64,000 nucleotides of DNA from positions 3,680,001 through 3,744,000 of the forward strand of contig OZ245365.1 of the NCBI GenBank assembly GCA_965226495.1, given 5' to 3'. This stretch comes from Candidatus Marinacidobacterales bacterium. Its GTDB lineage: Bacteria; Acidobacteriota; Vicinamibacteria; Marinacidobacterales; DATDRI01. The notes below the pieces were generated by a model, which was not told the origin of the DNA, made no database searches, and saw only the letters and a list, made by a program, of their open reading frames with translations. Within the stretch, counting starts at the first letter, position 1; every line of letters starts with the position of its first letter. Of the stretch, positions 10,658 to 19,113 are shown piece by piece. The position numbers and the translations under genes are program-made.

Positions 10658-10846
10658 CCGCGCCACTCGGAGCATGTTGGACGCCAAAATGTCCAGCTGC
10701 TGCTAAAGCTCACTCGTCTCAAATTATCCTCCGATGTACCGATGTCCTGCGGCATCGAAGTGTTCAGGCGACGATCGGGCTGGCTACGGCGTCGAGTCCG
10801 CCAGATTGCCGACGGCATACCCACACCAAACTTACCCCGTTTTCGG

Positions 10847-11836
10847 CTAAGAGGCCGGCGACCCCTGCCGATCCCAGCTGAAGACCGGAAATCGGAGTAC
10901 GGTCCGAAAGCCCATTGATTCGTAGAGCGAGAAGGCCCTCTCATTAGACTCACTCACCATGAGAGAAACGGTGAGGTAACCGGCCCCTGTCAACGCATCG
11001 ATTGCTCGGCCGAGAAGGAGTTTGCCCAAGCCCAGCCCCTGGGCGGCAGGACTGACCGCGACCTGTGCGAGATGGGCATGTCGAGGCGAAATTTCGGTTG
11101 CCACGATGAATCCAGAAAGCATTCTCGACTCCGGACGTTGAGCGACCGACGAGGCCATCGGAATCGGTTTTCCACATCCTTGCAGTTGAAGAATGTTCTC
11201 GAGCAGCGTTCGGCACCCCTCTGGATTCCGGTACAGTTCGTTCATCTCGGCGTCCACTCGTCCGTCATGCGCTTGTTGCATCAACAAAGCGGCTCGCGAC
11301 AGGTACGAAGAGCTCCAAGGCTTGAACTCGAACGGACCGTTGCCGGGACCACTCGAGGCACTCGACATAAGTGCGCGGCGTAAGAACGCTCGACCGTGTT
11401 CTCGAAAGCCTTCCGCCAGAAACACCTCTCGTAGCCAGGGAAGCCCGAAAGGTATGAACTGACTCTCGATGCGCGTGACCGCGCCCTCTGCTTTTACCGA
11501 CGCAATGAGGCTCGCGGCGAGTGGGAGTCCTATGGTGGGAACTCTCGCATCGCGAGCAAGTATGAAACTGCCTAGAACCGCTCGTTTGCCATCTACGATG
11601 TCGTATCCGCAGCCAACCACCTCGTCAGCGATTCGGATGGCTCTCCCGGCCAGCCTCCGCCGCTTCACTGCATCTCGGATGACCGAGAGGGCCGGCGTGG
11701 TATCCCATAGAAGCTCACCGTGCCAGAGCCTTTTCTCCTCCGCCCACAGTTTCTCGACGCGCTCGGGCCGCAGACCGACTAAGTCCACGATCTCAGCTTG
11801 GGAGGTTTCGGTAGTGGTGAGGAAGGGGCCGCTCAT
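10847..11836 (-). CDS. GNAT family N-acetyltransferase (two-domain)
   Basis: C-terminal VAVSPAAQGLGLG (motif A) and NERAFSLYESMGF. Confidence 0.85.
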   Translation of the reverse strand: MSGPFLTTTETSQAEIVDLVGLRPERVEKLWAEEKRLWHGELLWDTTPALSVIRDAVKRRRLAGRAIRIADEVVGCGYDIVDGKRAVLGSFILARDARVPTIGLPLAASLIASVKAEGAVTRIESQFIPFGLPWLREVFLAEGFREHGRAFLRRALMSSASSGPGNGPFEFKPWSSSYLSRAALLMQQAHDGRVDAEMNELYRNPEGCRTLLENILQLQGCGKPIPMASSVAQRPESRMLSGFIVATEISPRHAHLAQVAVSPAAQGLGLGKLLLGRAIDALTGAGYLTVSLMVSESNERAFSLYESMGFRTVLRFPVFSWDRQGSPAS

Positions 11837-11971
11837 AACGCGAGAACCTGAGCGATTCTAACAGAGTCTCAGGGGAGGGCGACAAGCCCTCGATTCGAAC
11901 CTTGACACCCTGGCAGAGATCGGCGGCTAACGGAGAGGCACTCGTCGTCTATCGAACCGGCGGCCGGCCGG

Positions 11972-12985
11972 CTAGTGCAGAGAGGCGGTGTGGGTCAGCG
12001 GGAATCCCACCGTATGAACGAACTTGATCTTACCGCCCCTCCGATAAAATAGAATCCCCTCCACGCCAAACCGCCTCCACAGATCGAGCGCACGGTCCGG
12101 CCCGGCGACGAAACCGGCGGTCGATAACGCATCGACCATCATCGCTTGTCCGTCTTTACCGACCACGGTTGCCGACACGGAATCTTTCACCGGCCACCCT
12201 GTCCGAGGATCGATGATGTGCGACAACCAGACGCCGTCCTCTTCGAAGCCTTGCTGGTCGGCCGCCGATGTCGAAACGCACCCTTCCGCGAGCGCGAGCT
12301 CGACGCTGGGATTAGTGCGAATGGAAAACACAGTGATCCTCGATGGATAGCCGAAAAGGGCGACGCTGCTCTCGCCGAGGTCCACGATCGCCCTGCTGAC
12401 CCCCGCCGCCTTGAGCCTGGCGAGCGCTTTGTCCACGGCGTATCCCTTCGCGAGTCCTCCCAGATCGATCTCGACTCCGCCAGTCGCGAGCTCGACGGAA
12501 GGAATGGTCGAGTCGAGCCGGATCTGCCGAACGCCCACTCTCGCACGAGCGTCCGCGAGCTCGGTCGGGGTGGGAACCGAGCCCACACCACGATAAAAGC
12601 CCCAGAGCCTCACGACCGGACCGATCGTGGGATCGAAGGCGCCGCTCGATCGATTCGCGAAGCGAATGGCCTCGCCGAGAACGTCATAGGTCGAATCGGA
12701 AATCCGAAGGGGAGTGTTGGGGGGTTGCCGGTTCAGCCGACAGAGCTCACTGTCCTCGCGGTAGAGGCTCATGAGTCGGTCGACCGATTCTAACTCTCGG
12801 TAGGCGCGGGCGATGGCTTCATCCAACACCGCCTCCTCGAGCCCGCAAGCCTCGATGCGCGCAACAGTGCCCATCACGTAGAAAGCCTGCTCACGGCATT
12901 GCGGCGGGTCGAGAGGTGGGCCGAGCGCCGGGTTGACCGCGATCGCCCCGACCAGGGCAAACCAAGGAACCATCGCGAGCAGCAC
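11972..12985 (-). CDS. apbE: FAD:protein FMN transferase (ApbE family), exported
   Basis: MGT, SxY..DSEL.RLN, GAFDPTIGP, IDLGGLAKGYAVD, HIIDPRTG and DALST motifs; N-terminal hydrophobic signal. Confidence 0.93.
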   Translation of the reverse strand: MLLAMVPWFALVGAIAVNPALGPPLDPPQCREQAFYVMGTVARIEACGLEEAVLDEAIARAYRELESVDRLMSLYREDSELCRLNRQPPNTPLRISDSTYDVLGEAIRFANRSSGAFDPTIGPVVRLWGFYRGVGSVPTPTELADARARVGVRQIRLDSTIPSVELATGGVEIDLGGLAKGYAVDKALARLKAAGVSRAIVDLGESSVALFGYPSRITVFSIRTNPSVELALAEGCVSTSAADQQGFEEDGVWLSHIIDPRTGWPVKDSVSATVVGKDGQAMMVDALSTAGFVAGPDRALDLWRRFGVEGILFYRRGGKIKFVHTVGFPLTHTASLH

Positions 12986-13000
12986 GCCTACCGCTCCGAG

Positions 13001-13585
13001 CTAATGGGAAGACTCTTTCGATCCGACCGAAACGAGCCGCTCCTCCTCGTCGGCTGGTTTCGACACCAAAATCTCACGAACCATCCCACGACCATTGTGG
13101 CCGTTAAAGGATGAGCCGCCCCAAAGAGTCCAGGCGACGACGCCGAGGAGAATGCCGAGCAGCGCCTCGAGAGCAAAGAAACCCCCAATCTTGATCGGAG
13201 CCAGCGAGGGACTGACGAATCGCACCAACCACCCCCCCGACTCCGAAGCGACCGCTGCACCAAAGGTCGCCCAAACGAAAAAGAGCTTCAGCCCTTTTCC
13301 AAAGGGTGAAAAGATCACGAGGTGTGTCAAGAGCAGCAGCACCATCGCCATCATGGCCAGATGAGCGTGCGTGACTTCGAGCATGGACCCCACCGTTCGT
13401 GGCGGCAGGAACTCCTCTTCCGAGCCGTTGTAGTAGGTCACAACCGACTCCGGACTCAGTCCCATCTTCGACAGGTAAAGAACCAGGTTGGTGACCCAAA
13501 AGCCGAGAAGCAGTAGCAACGTCAGACTGATGGTCAATCGCATCAAAGGATGATTTTGGAAACCACCGGATTCCATGTATTTCAC
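13001..13585 (-). CDS. Uncharacterised membrane protein with about 4 TM helices and intramembrane His residues
   Basis: 194 aa with four hydrophobic segments including THAHLAMMAMVLLLLTHL; 4-nt overlap with the upstream FMN-binding gene. Confidence 0.75.
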   Translation of the reverse strand: MKYMESGGFQNHPLMRLTISLTLLLLLGFWVTNLVLYLSKMGLSPESVVTYYNGSEEEFLPPRTVGSMLEVTHAHLAMMAMVLLLLTHLVIFSPFGKGLKLFFVWATFGAAVASESGGWLVRFVSPSLAPIKIGGFFALEALLGILLGVVAWTLWGGSSFNGHNGRGMVREILVSKPADEEERLVSVGSKESSH

Positions 13586-14148
13586 GACTCGCCCTCTCCA
13601 CTAAGGACCGTGTACAAGGCCAGAGCACGCCGGACGCTTGCCGCCAAAACCCTCACGGTGAGCGTGGCCCCGGTGACTCGTACCAGATCGCGCCCCACTA
13701 TCATGTCCTCGGACAATTCCTGGTTGTTCATTCGATCCAGCCAACTCTGCCTTACCTTGTAATCTTCCGGCTCGTAAAACGCGAGAATCTCCACTCGACG
13801 CACCGTACCGTTTGGCTTCACCAGCACCAGGACCGTCTCCGTGGTGGTGCGGACGACGTGGGTTTCGAAGAACGCGGCTCCCGCCGGTCGCCCCTCATCA
13901 TCGAGCCCCAGGTAGTAGTGGATGATCTTGGAATCGAGCCGCGCGTGGGCTAGCCCCTCGATTTCCTTCGCCTGCTCGTCGGTGAGAAACGCGGACTTTC
14001 GTTCGATACCTCCACCCGGAAACGCCTCCGCCAGTGCCTGCTTCTGAGTCTTGTAGAGCCCAGCTTGGAGCGCGGCGGGAACAATGGCAACCATCGCCGC
14101 CAATCCCCAGACGAGACGCGCCCCACCAGCAAATCGTTGCAATGGCAT
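13582..14148 (-). CDS. Exported FMN-binding domain protein (predicted ApbE substrate)
   Basis: Signal peptide (ALQA); flavinylation motif VTGATLT matching [S/T]GA[S/T]; ILAFYEPEDY segment. Confidence 0.85.
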   Translation of the reverse strand: MPLQRFAGGARLVWGLAAMVAIVPAALQAGLYKTQKQALAEAFPGGGIERKSAFLTDEQAKEIEGLAHARLDSKIIHYYLGLDDEGRPAGAAFFETHVVRTTTETVLVLVKPNGTVRRVEILAFYEPEDYKVRQSWLDRMNNQELSEDMIVGRDLVRVTGATLTVRVLAASVRRALALYTVLSGEGES

Positions 14149-14154
14149 CTAATC

Positions 14155-15516
14155 CTAGAACTGATAACCGAGTCCGAAATTCCACTGATTGACCCCGGTC
14201 CCGGCTCGATTGCGAAAATTCTGGAAGTCGAACTTCATCGCCACGCTATAGATCGGTTTCACCTCAAAACCCAGGGTGGTAACGGAACGGTCGTTGGCGG
14301 GGTTCCTTAGAAACCCGGCCGGCACTTCCGCTTGTGTGTCGTAGTCCTCGTAACGAATAAATGGAGTGATAGCCCAACTCCACCCCGCCGTTCCAAGCCC
14401 CGCGAACTCGTACGCTCCCTCCACATACCACCCCTGTAGCTCCGATCCTATCGACGAACTACCGCTTAGACCAAGGCTCTCGTTGATGAGTCCGGCGTCA
14501 CCGATCGTTCCCATGACATAGAGGGCTCGTAGCTGCAGTCCCCGATAGTTGTACTGGCCGTGGACATCGAACAGACTGACCAGCCCTCCGATCGAGTCTC
14601 GAGTCGGCAAGGTCTCCCCTTGTCCGGAGTCACCGACGAAAAAGCTGCCGCCGACTAGAAATCCGGGATACCCGGTTAGATCCAAGCGGCCAGTCCATCC
14701 GAAGTCCTGCGCGACGGATTCCGAGCCGTTTTGTCGACCGCCCCGTAGTGCAGAGCTGGCAGAGAATCCGGAGCTCTGCAAACCGGCGACGACGTAGGAG
14801 CGGTAGGTGAACGGGCCGAGGTCGCCGAACACGCCACCGCCGTTCTCGCGCCAGGTCGTCGGAATGATGACCCTCTCTACCTGAGGGCGAGCGACCCCGT
14901 AGAATACAGTCGGCTCGTGGAGCTCGTTGAGAAAGCCCACCGGGATCAAGACCATGCCGCCGCGAAAATTGATCTCCGGACGATAAAGGAAGTCCACGTA
15001 AGCAAACTCCACCGAGACGGACCCCGACTTATCGGTCGAGGCGTGCTCGAACTCGATCTCCGAGTTGAAGAGGAAACGATCGTTCCACTTGTATCCTAAG
15101 TAAAGGATCGCCCTGAGGAAATCGAATCGGTTCAATGCTTGAGAAGCCGATCCGTCATCGCGTTCCGCAGCCGGATTCTGAAAGGCCGCCTCACCGTAAC
15201 CACCGATGGCAGCGCCTCGCCCCACTCCGTATATCTTGGATGCGGATGGCGCCAATCCATATTGAGCCGTTCGGGGTTCCGTTTTTTCTTCCGCCGCTTC
15301 TCCCAACTTCAACTTTTCGATCTCTTCGCTGAGCAGTTGGATCTGCCGCTCCAGCTCTGCGAGGCGCTCCTCTTGAGAGGGCGGCACCTTCTTTTCACTT
15401 TCTTCCTTCTCGCCCGTCTCGGCCCTAGCTGCGGGTGCCAAGGGAAGCAGGACTAGCAAGGCCAACGTCAAAACGACCCCGCCAACTTCCGTAATCGTCC
15501 CCCTCCGTGTTCTCAT
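14155..15516 (-). CDS. Outer-membrane beta-barrel porin with N-terminal coiled coil
   Basis: Signal peptide (ARA-E), short coiled coil, IGGYGE and FNSEIEFEH segments, amphipathic strands, terminal aromatic GYQF; ATG 15516 follows GGAAGGGAG. Confidence 0.8.
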   Translation of the reverse strand: MRTRRGTITEVGGVVLTLALLVLLPLAPAARAETGEKEESEKKVPPSQEERLAELERQIQLLSEEIEKLKLGEAAEEKTEPRTAQYGLAPSASKIYGVGRGAAIGGYGEAAFQNPAAERDDGSASQALNRFDFLRAILYLGYKWNDRFLFNSEIEFEHASTDKSGSVSVEFAYVDFLYRPEINFRGGMVLIPVGFLNELHEPTVFYGVARPQVERVIIPTTWRENGGGVFGDLGPFTYRSYVVAGLQSSGFSASSALRGGRQNGSESVAQDFGWTGRLDLTGYPGFLVGGSFFVGDSGQGETLPTRDSIGGLVSLFDVHGQYNYRGLQLRALYVMGTIGDAGLINESLGLSGSSSIGSELQGWYVEGAYEFAGLGTAGWSWAITPFIRYEDYDTQAEVPAGFLRNPANDRSVTTLGFEVKPIYSVAMKFDFQNFRNRAGTGVNQWNFGLGYQF

Positions 15517-15555
15517 CGGTCTCCCTTCCAACAAGTTTGGTGCCGGCTTTAGCGA

Positions 15556-15575
15556 AATTGGAATTCATTTTCATT
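15556..15575. promoter_or_regulatory. Fur-box-like site upstream of the porin gene
   Basis: Minus strand aaTGAAAATgAATTCCAatt; 10 of 14 matches to the 7-1-7 consensus TGATAATnATTATCA; AT-rich island in GC-rich DNA. Confidence 0.6.
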
Positions 15576-15625
15576 GTCTCGACACCCCCAATCCTCCCCA
15601 CTCTGAAACACGTTTCTTGAGAAAC

Positions 15626-16141
15626 TCAGTGGGGGGCCGCGTTTTTCACGCCGGGCTTCGTCTTATGGGTGCCCTTTTTCGTCGATCGTCGCTGGTGGCA
15701 CTTTTGGCAAACACCGAATATCTGATGCCGATGCGAGTCGATGGTGAACCCGTAGGCCTCTGCAATTTCGTCCTGCAGGTTCTCGATCTCCGGGCTCACG
15801 AACTCGATGATCGTGCCGCACTCGATGCAGATCATGTGATCGTGATGTGAATGTTTGTAATGATGTTCGAAACGAGTCAACCCGTCTCGGAGCTCGATCG
15901 ATTCCGCTAACTGCGCGTCACACAGAAGCTTGAGCGTTCGATAGATAGTGGTGCGACCGATCTCGCGGTGCTTCCGGTGGATGACTCGATAGAGATCGTC
16001 CACCGTCATGTGCCCTCCGGTCTCGAGGAAGTATTGGAGGATCACTTCCCGCTGGCGGGAGTGCTTCAGTCCATTCTGCGCGAGATGCTCCTCGAAGACA
16101 CGGAACTCTTCCCGGACATGGGAAGACTTACTTGGTGCCAT
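15626..16141 (-). CDS. fur: Fur family transcriptional regulator
   Basis: GLKHSRQREVIL, TTIYRTLKLL, HHDHMICIECG and C-terminal CQKC. Confidence 0.92.
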   Translation of the reverse strand: MAPSKSSHVREEFRVFEEHLAQNGLKHSRQREVILQYFLETGGHMTVDDLYRVIHRKHREIGRTTIYRTLKLLCDAQLAESIELRDGLTRFEHHYKHSHHDHMICIECGTIIEFVSPEIENLQDEIAEAYGFTIDSHRHQIFGVCQKCHQRRSTKKGTHKTKPGVKNAAPH

Positions 16142-16853
16142 CCGAGTCGCCTCCTCCCTGGCCTTCCCGAAGCACGTAAATGTCTTCCGCCAACGCCTCT
16201 TCGATCGCCAGTTGAGACTCGTCGCATTCCAAAACGAACGCCGGTGACCGCTGGTGCAGTTTCACTTTGACTCCGGGCGTGAAGCCGAAAGAAGAGAGCT
16301 TGTGCAGTCTCGAGTAGTTCTTGGTATTCACATAGGCTACGCGAGCCGTTTCGCCGGTGTGCATCTGGTTGGCGCTCACCACCACCGCCTCGATGCTGCG
16401 CCTTGCATCTTGACAGCATCGACCCTCGGGGATGGGCCGACCATGGGGGCACTGCCGTGGATGGCCGAGCAACGTGCAGATACTTTCCGTAATGCCAGGG
16501 GCAACGAGATGCTCGAACTCGCAAGCGTTGACCTCCACCTCGGGCATCGGCATGCGCAAGATGTCGTTCACCAGGCGTTCGGCGAGTCGATGGCGTCGAA
16601 TGATGGCGCGGGCCCTTTCCCGACCGGCGTCTGTGAAAACCAGCGAGCCGTCCTTTCGTTCTTCGATCAGAGCCCGAGTCTTGAGGTCTTCGATGAGCGT
16701 CTCGGTTAACGCGACGTCAGCGACACAGGCCAAATCCTCCCGCCGGGTTCCGCCTCGCTCGTCGGCCGTCCAAAGCGCTTCCAGAACCTCCTCGAGTGCC
16801 CTTGGCGCTGGCTGCATAGAGCGATTCGTCCCGATCGAGGTCGTGTCGTTCAT
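16128..16853 (-). CDS. DtxR/MntR-family metal-dependent regulator fused to a FeoA-like domain
   Basis: RRHRLAERL, ACEFEH, CPHGRPIP, then FeoA-like RLHKLSSFGFTPG. Confidence 0.87.
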   Translation of the reverse strand: MNDTTSIGTNRSMQPAPRALEEVLEALWTADERGGTRREDLACVADVALTETLIEDLKTRALIEERKDGSLVFTDAGRERARAIIRRHRLAERLVNDILRMPMPEVEVNACEFEHLVAPGITESICTLLGHPRQCPHGRPIPEGRCCQDARRSIEAVVVSANQMHTGETARVAYVNTKNYSRLHKLSSFGFTPGVKVKLHQRSPAFVLECDESQLAIEEALAEDIYVLREGQGGGDSDGTK

Positions 16854-18910
16854 AGCGGCAAACCTGTCCAGCGCAAGAAGAAGTTCACCCCAGTACCCAC
16901 CGCGATAGCGTAGGGAATGATGAAGCCCACCATGAGCGCCGCCTTGCGAAAGTCGAGCTCCTTGATCATGACCAGGAAGTTCGCAACACAGGGGACGAAC
17001 AACGTCATAGTGACCAGAGAGACGATGATCTGTGTGTCATCCATCAAGCCTTGACGGGCCAGATCGAATAAGCCTGCCGCACCGTAGTCGCGGCGGAGGA
17101 ATCCCATCACGAACGCCTCCCCGGCCTTGGCCGGCAAACCCAACAAGCCCACCACCACGGGCTCCGCGGCCCGCACGATAAACGGCAGGATGGAGAGACG
17201 GTCCAAAACAAATAGCACCACGGTTCCCAGAACGAATAGCGGCACCGCCTCCCTAAGGAACCATCGGACGCGGGACCATGTTTTTCGAGCCAGGTTCCCC
17301 CACACCGGAAGTCGCATCGGAGGCAGCTCCACGATGAAGTCCGAACGGCTGCCGGGTAGGATCTTGTCGGCGATCCACCCCACCAACAGTAGCTGCGACA
17401 ACAAAATGCCGAAAAGAAAAAGTAGCGCGCCGAAGGAGACCCACGCGAGCATACCCAAGACCACGCCGAGCTGGGCAGCGCAGGGCACCGCGAGGGCGAG
17501 AAGCAAGGTAGCGAGAACGCGCTCCTTACGAGTAGACAGAATCCTCGTCGCAAGGGTAGCCATGGTGACGCAGCCGAGCCCGAGCACCATCGGTAGCACC
17601 GCTTTGCCATTCAGGCCCATAAAGCGAAACATGCGATCGGCGAGCACCGACAGCCGAGGTAGGTAGCCGCTGTCTTCGAGAAATCCGAACGCCATAAAAA
17701 AAGTCGTAACCACAGGCAAAACGATCGCCACCGAGTAAGTGACGCCCATCGATATCGCACCGTACGGCCCCACCAAGAGATCATGAATAAAGGGAATCGG
17801 AAGGAACCGGTCGATTAGCCAAGTGACTCCCGGTACTAGGTAGGTGCCGAAGACGGTCTCCTCGAGAAAATCCACCGCCGTACCGGCCCCGAAGGCTCCC
17901 ACGAAGTAGTACATGAAGAGCAAGGCGCCGATGAGGATCGGAAAACCAGTCAGCGGTTCTCGACACCAGCGGCCAAGCCGGTCGGCGAAGGCGGAGACTT
18001 CTCCGCCTGTCACCTTCCGCAAGGTGCCGACGGTGGAGTCGATCCATTGGCTCCGCTCTTGAACGATAGCCGCGGCGGCAGGACGGCCGTGTCGCTGCTG
18101 ATAAAGTTCTAGGGAATTACCAATGGCGCGAACCCGCGCGTCGCCGGTGAGTTTGGGGAGACTACCTTTGACTCCCTCGTCTCGAGACCATAGCCACTCT
18201 GCAAAGAGCCCCATGGGTAGGTGGCGGTCCCCGTCGCTACCAGCCGGGACGGACTCTTCGAGCTCGGCGATCATCGCAGCCAACTGCGGTGAGGGGTTGC
18301 GTGGAACCGCGGGTCTCGCGAGCGCCCTTTCCAAATCACCGATTCCGTGTCCTTCGGTCGCCACCGTCTCGACCACCGGGATGCCGAAGAGTCCACCGAG
18401 CGCGGGGAGGTCTACTTCGATGCCACGCTTCCTCGACTCGTCCGCCATATTGAGATCCAGGACAGTGGGAAGACCGAGCTCTACAATTTGCATCAATAAG
18501 AGAAGGGTCCGGCGAATGTTCTTTGCGTCGGCCACGACCAAGACGATGTCGGGACGCTCGGCGAGCAGAATGTCTCGAGTCACGCGCTCGTCCTCCGACT
18601 GCGGGACCAGAGAGTTCACCCCCGGCGTGTCGACGATTTCATAGCCCTTGCCGCCGACCTCGGCGGTACCACGGGCAAGTGCCACAGTGGTCCCGGGGTA
18701 ATTGGAAACGTAGACGTATTGACCGGTAAGACGGTTGAAGATGACGCTCTTGCCGACGTTGGGATTACCGACCAACGCGATTCTGGCTGTGGTTGGTGGA
18801 CTTCCTTCGAGGCGGGCCCCTGTGGCGCCAGTAGCGTTGGTAGCCTTGGTAGCCTTGGTAGCTGGTTCGGAAAGGGCCGTGGTGTGGATGCCGCTAGGCT
18901 CGGGTGGCAT
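16850..18910 (-). CDS. feoB: Ferrous iron transporter B
   Basis: G1 GNPNVGKS, NYPGTTV, DTPG, NMAD; membrane motifs LEDSGYLPR, GLGC, ELP, PCVA. Confidence 0.96.
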   Translation of the reverse strand: MPPEPSGIHTTALSEPATKATKATNATGATGARLEGSPPTTARIALVGNPNVGKSVIFNRLTGQYVYVSNYPGTTVALARGTAEVGGKGYEIVDTPGVNSLVPQSEDERVTRDILLAERPDIVLVVADAKNIRRTLLLLMQIVELGLPTVLDLNMADESRKRGIEVDLPALGGLFGIPVVETVATEGHGIGDLERALARPAVPRNPSPQLAAMIAELEESVPAGSDGDRHLPMGLFAEWLWSRDEGVKGSLPKLTGDARVRAIGNSLELYQQRHGRPAAAAIVQERSQWIDSTVGTLRKVTGGEVSAFADRLGRWCREPLTGFPILIGALLFMYYFVGAFGAGTAVDFLEETVFGTYLVPGVTWLIDRFLPIPFIHDLLVGPYGAISMGVTYSVAIVLPVVTTFFMAFGFLEDSGYLPRLSVLADRMFRFMGLNGKAVLPMVLGLGCVTMATLATRILSTRKERVLATLLLALAVPCAAQLGVVLGMLAWVSFGALLFLFGILLSQLLLVGWIADKILPGSRSDFIVELPPMRLPVWGNLARKTWSRVRWFLREAVPLFVLGTVVLFVLDRLSILPFIVRAAEPVVVGLLGLPAKAGEAFVMGFLRRDYGAAGLFDLARQGLMDDTQIIVSLVTMTLFVPCVANFLVMIKELDFRKAALMVGFIIPYAIAVGTGVNFFLRWTGLPL

Positions 18911-18931
18911 TTCGGTGTCCGTCTCGGATGA

Positions 18932-18952
18932 AAATGAAAACCGATTTCAACA
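18932..18952. promoter_or_regulatory. Fur-box-like site upstream of feoB
   Basis: aaaTGAAAACcGATTTCAaca, an imperfect 7-1-7 palindrome between the predicted promoter and the feoB start; resembles the 15556 site. Confidence 0.65.
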
Positions 18953-18962
18953 TCACATGGCC

Positions 18963-18992
18963 AGTCTACCGAACCTACCGGGCAAGTGTCAA
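18963..18992 (-). promoter_or_regulatory. Putative sigma70 promoter of the feoB operon
   Basis: Consensus TTGACA (18992-18987), 18 nt, TAGACT (18968-18963). Confidence 0.6.
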
Positions 18993-19113
18993 GCCGTCAT
19001 TTTCCACATCTGCCCGCGGCGGGCCGCGATCCCCGATCAGCAGCCGGTCCTCATGACCCTGCGCCCCCTTTTTTTGTTGGGGGTCTCCTTCTGGGCTGTT
19101 AGCATCTCCCCTG

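Noticed and set aside
10720-10790. Short minus-strand peptide HFDAAGHRYIG resembling an SGNH hydrolase block
   Set aside because: Bounded by stops and too short to distinguish from chance.
18820-18865. 9-bp repeats at the feoB 5' end (ATKATKATNATGATG)
   Set aside because: In-frame low-complexity N-terminal extension; no frameshift potential.
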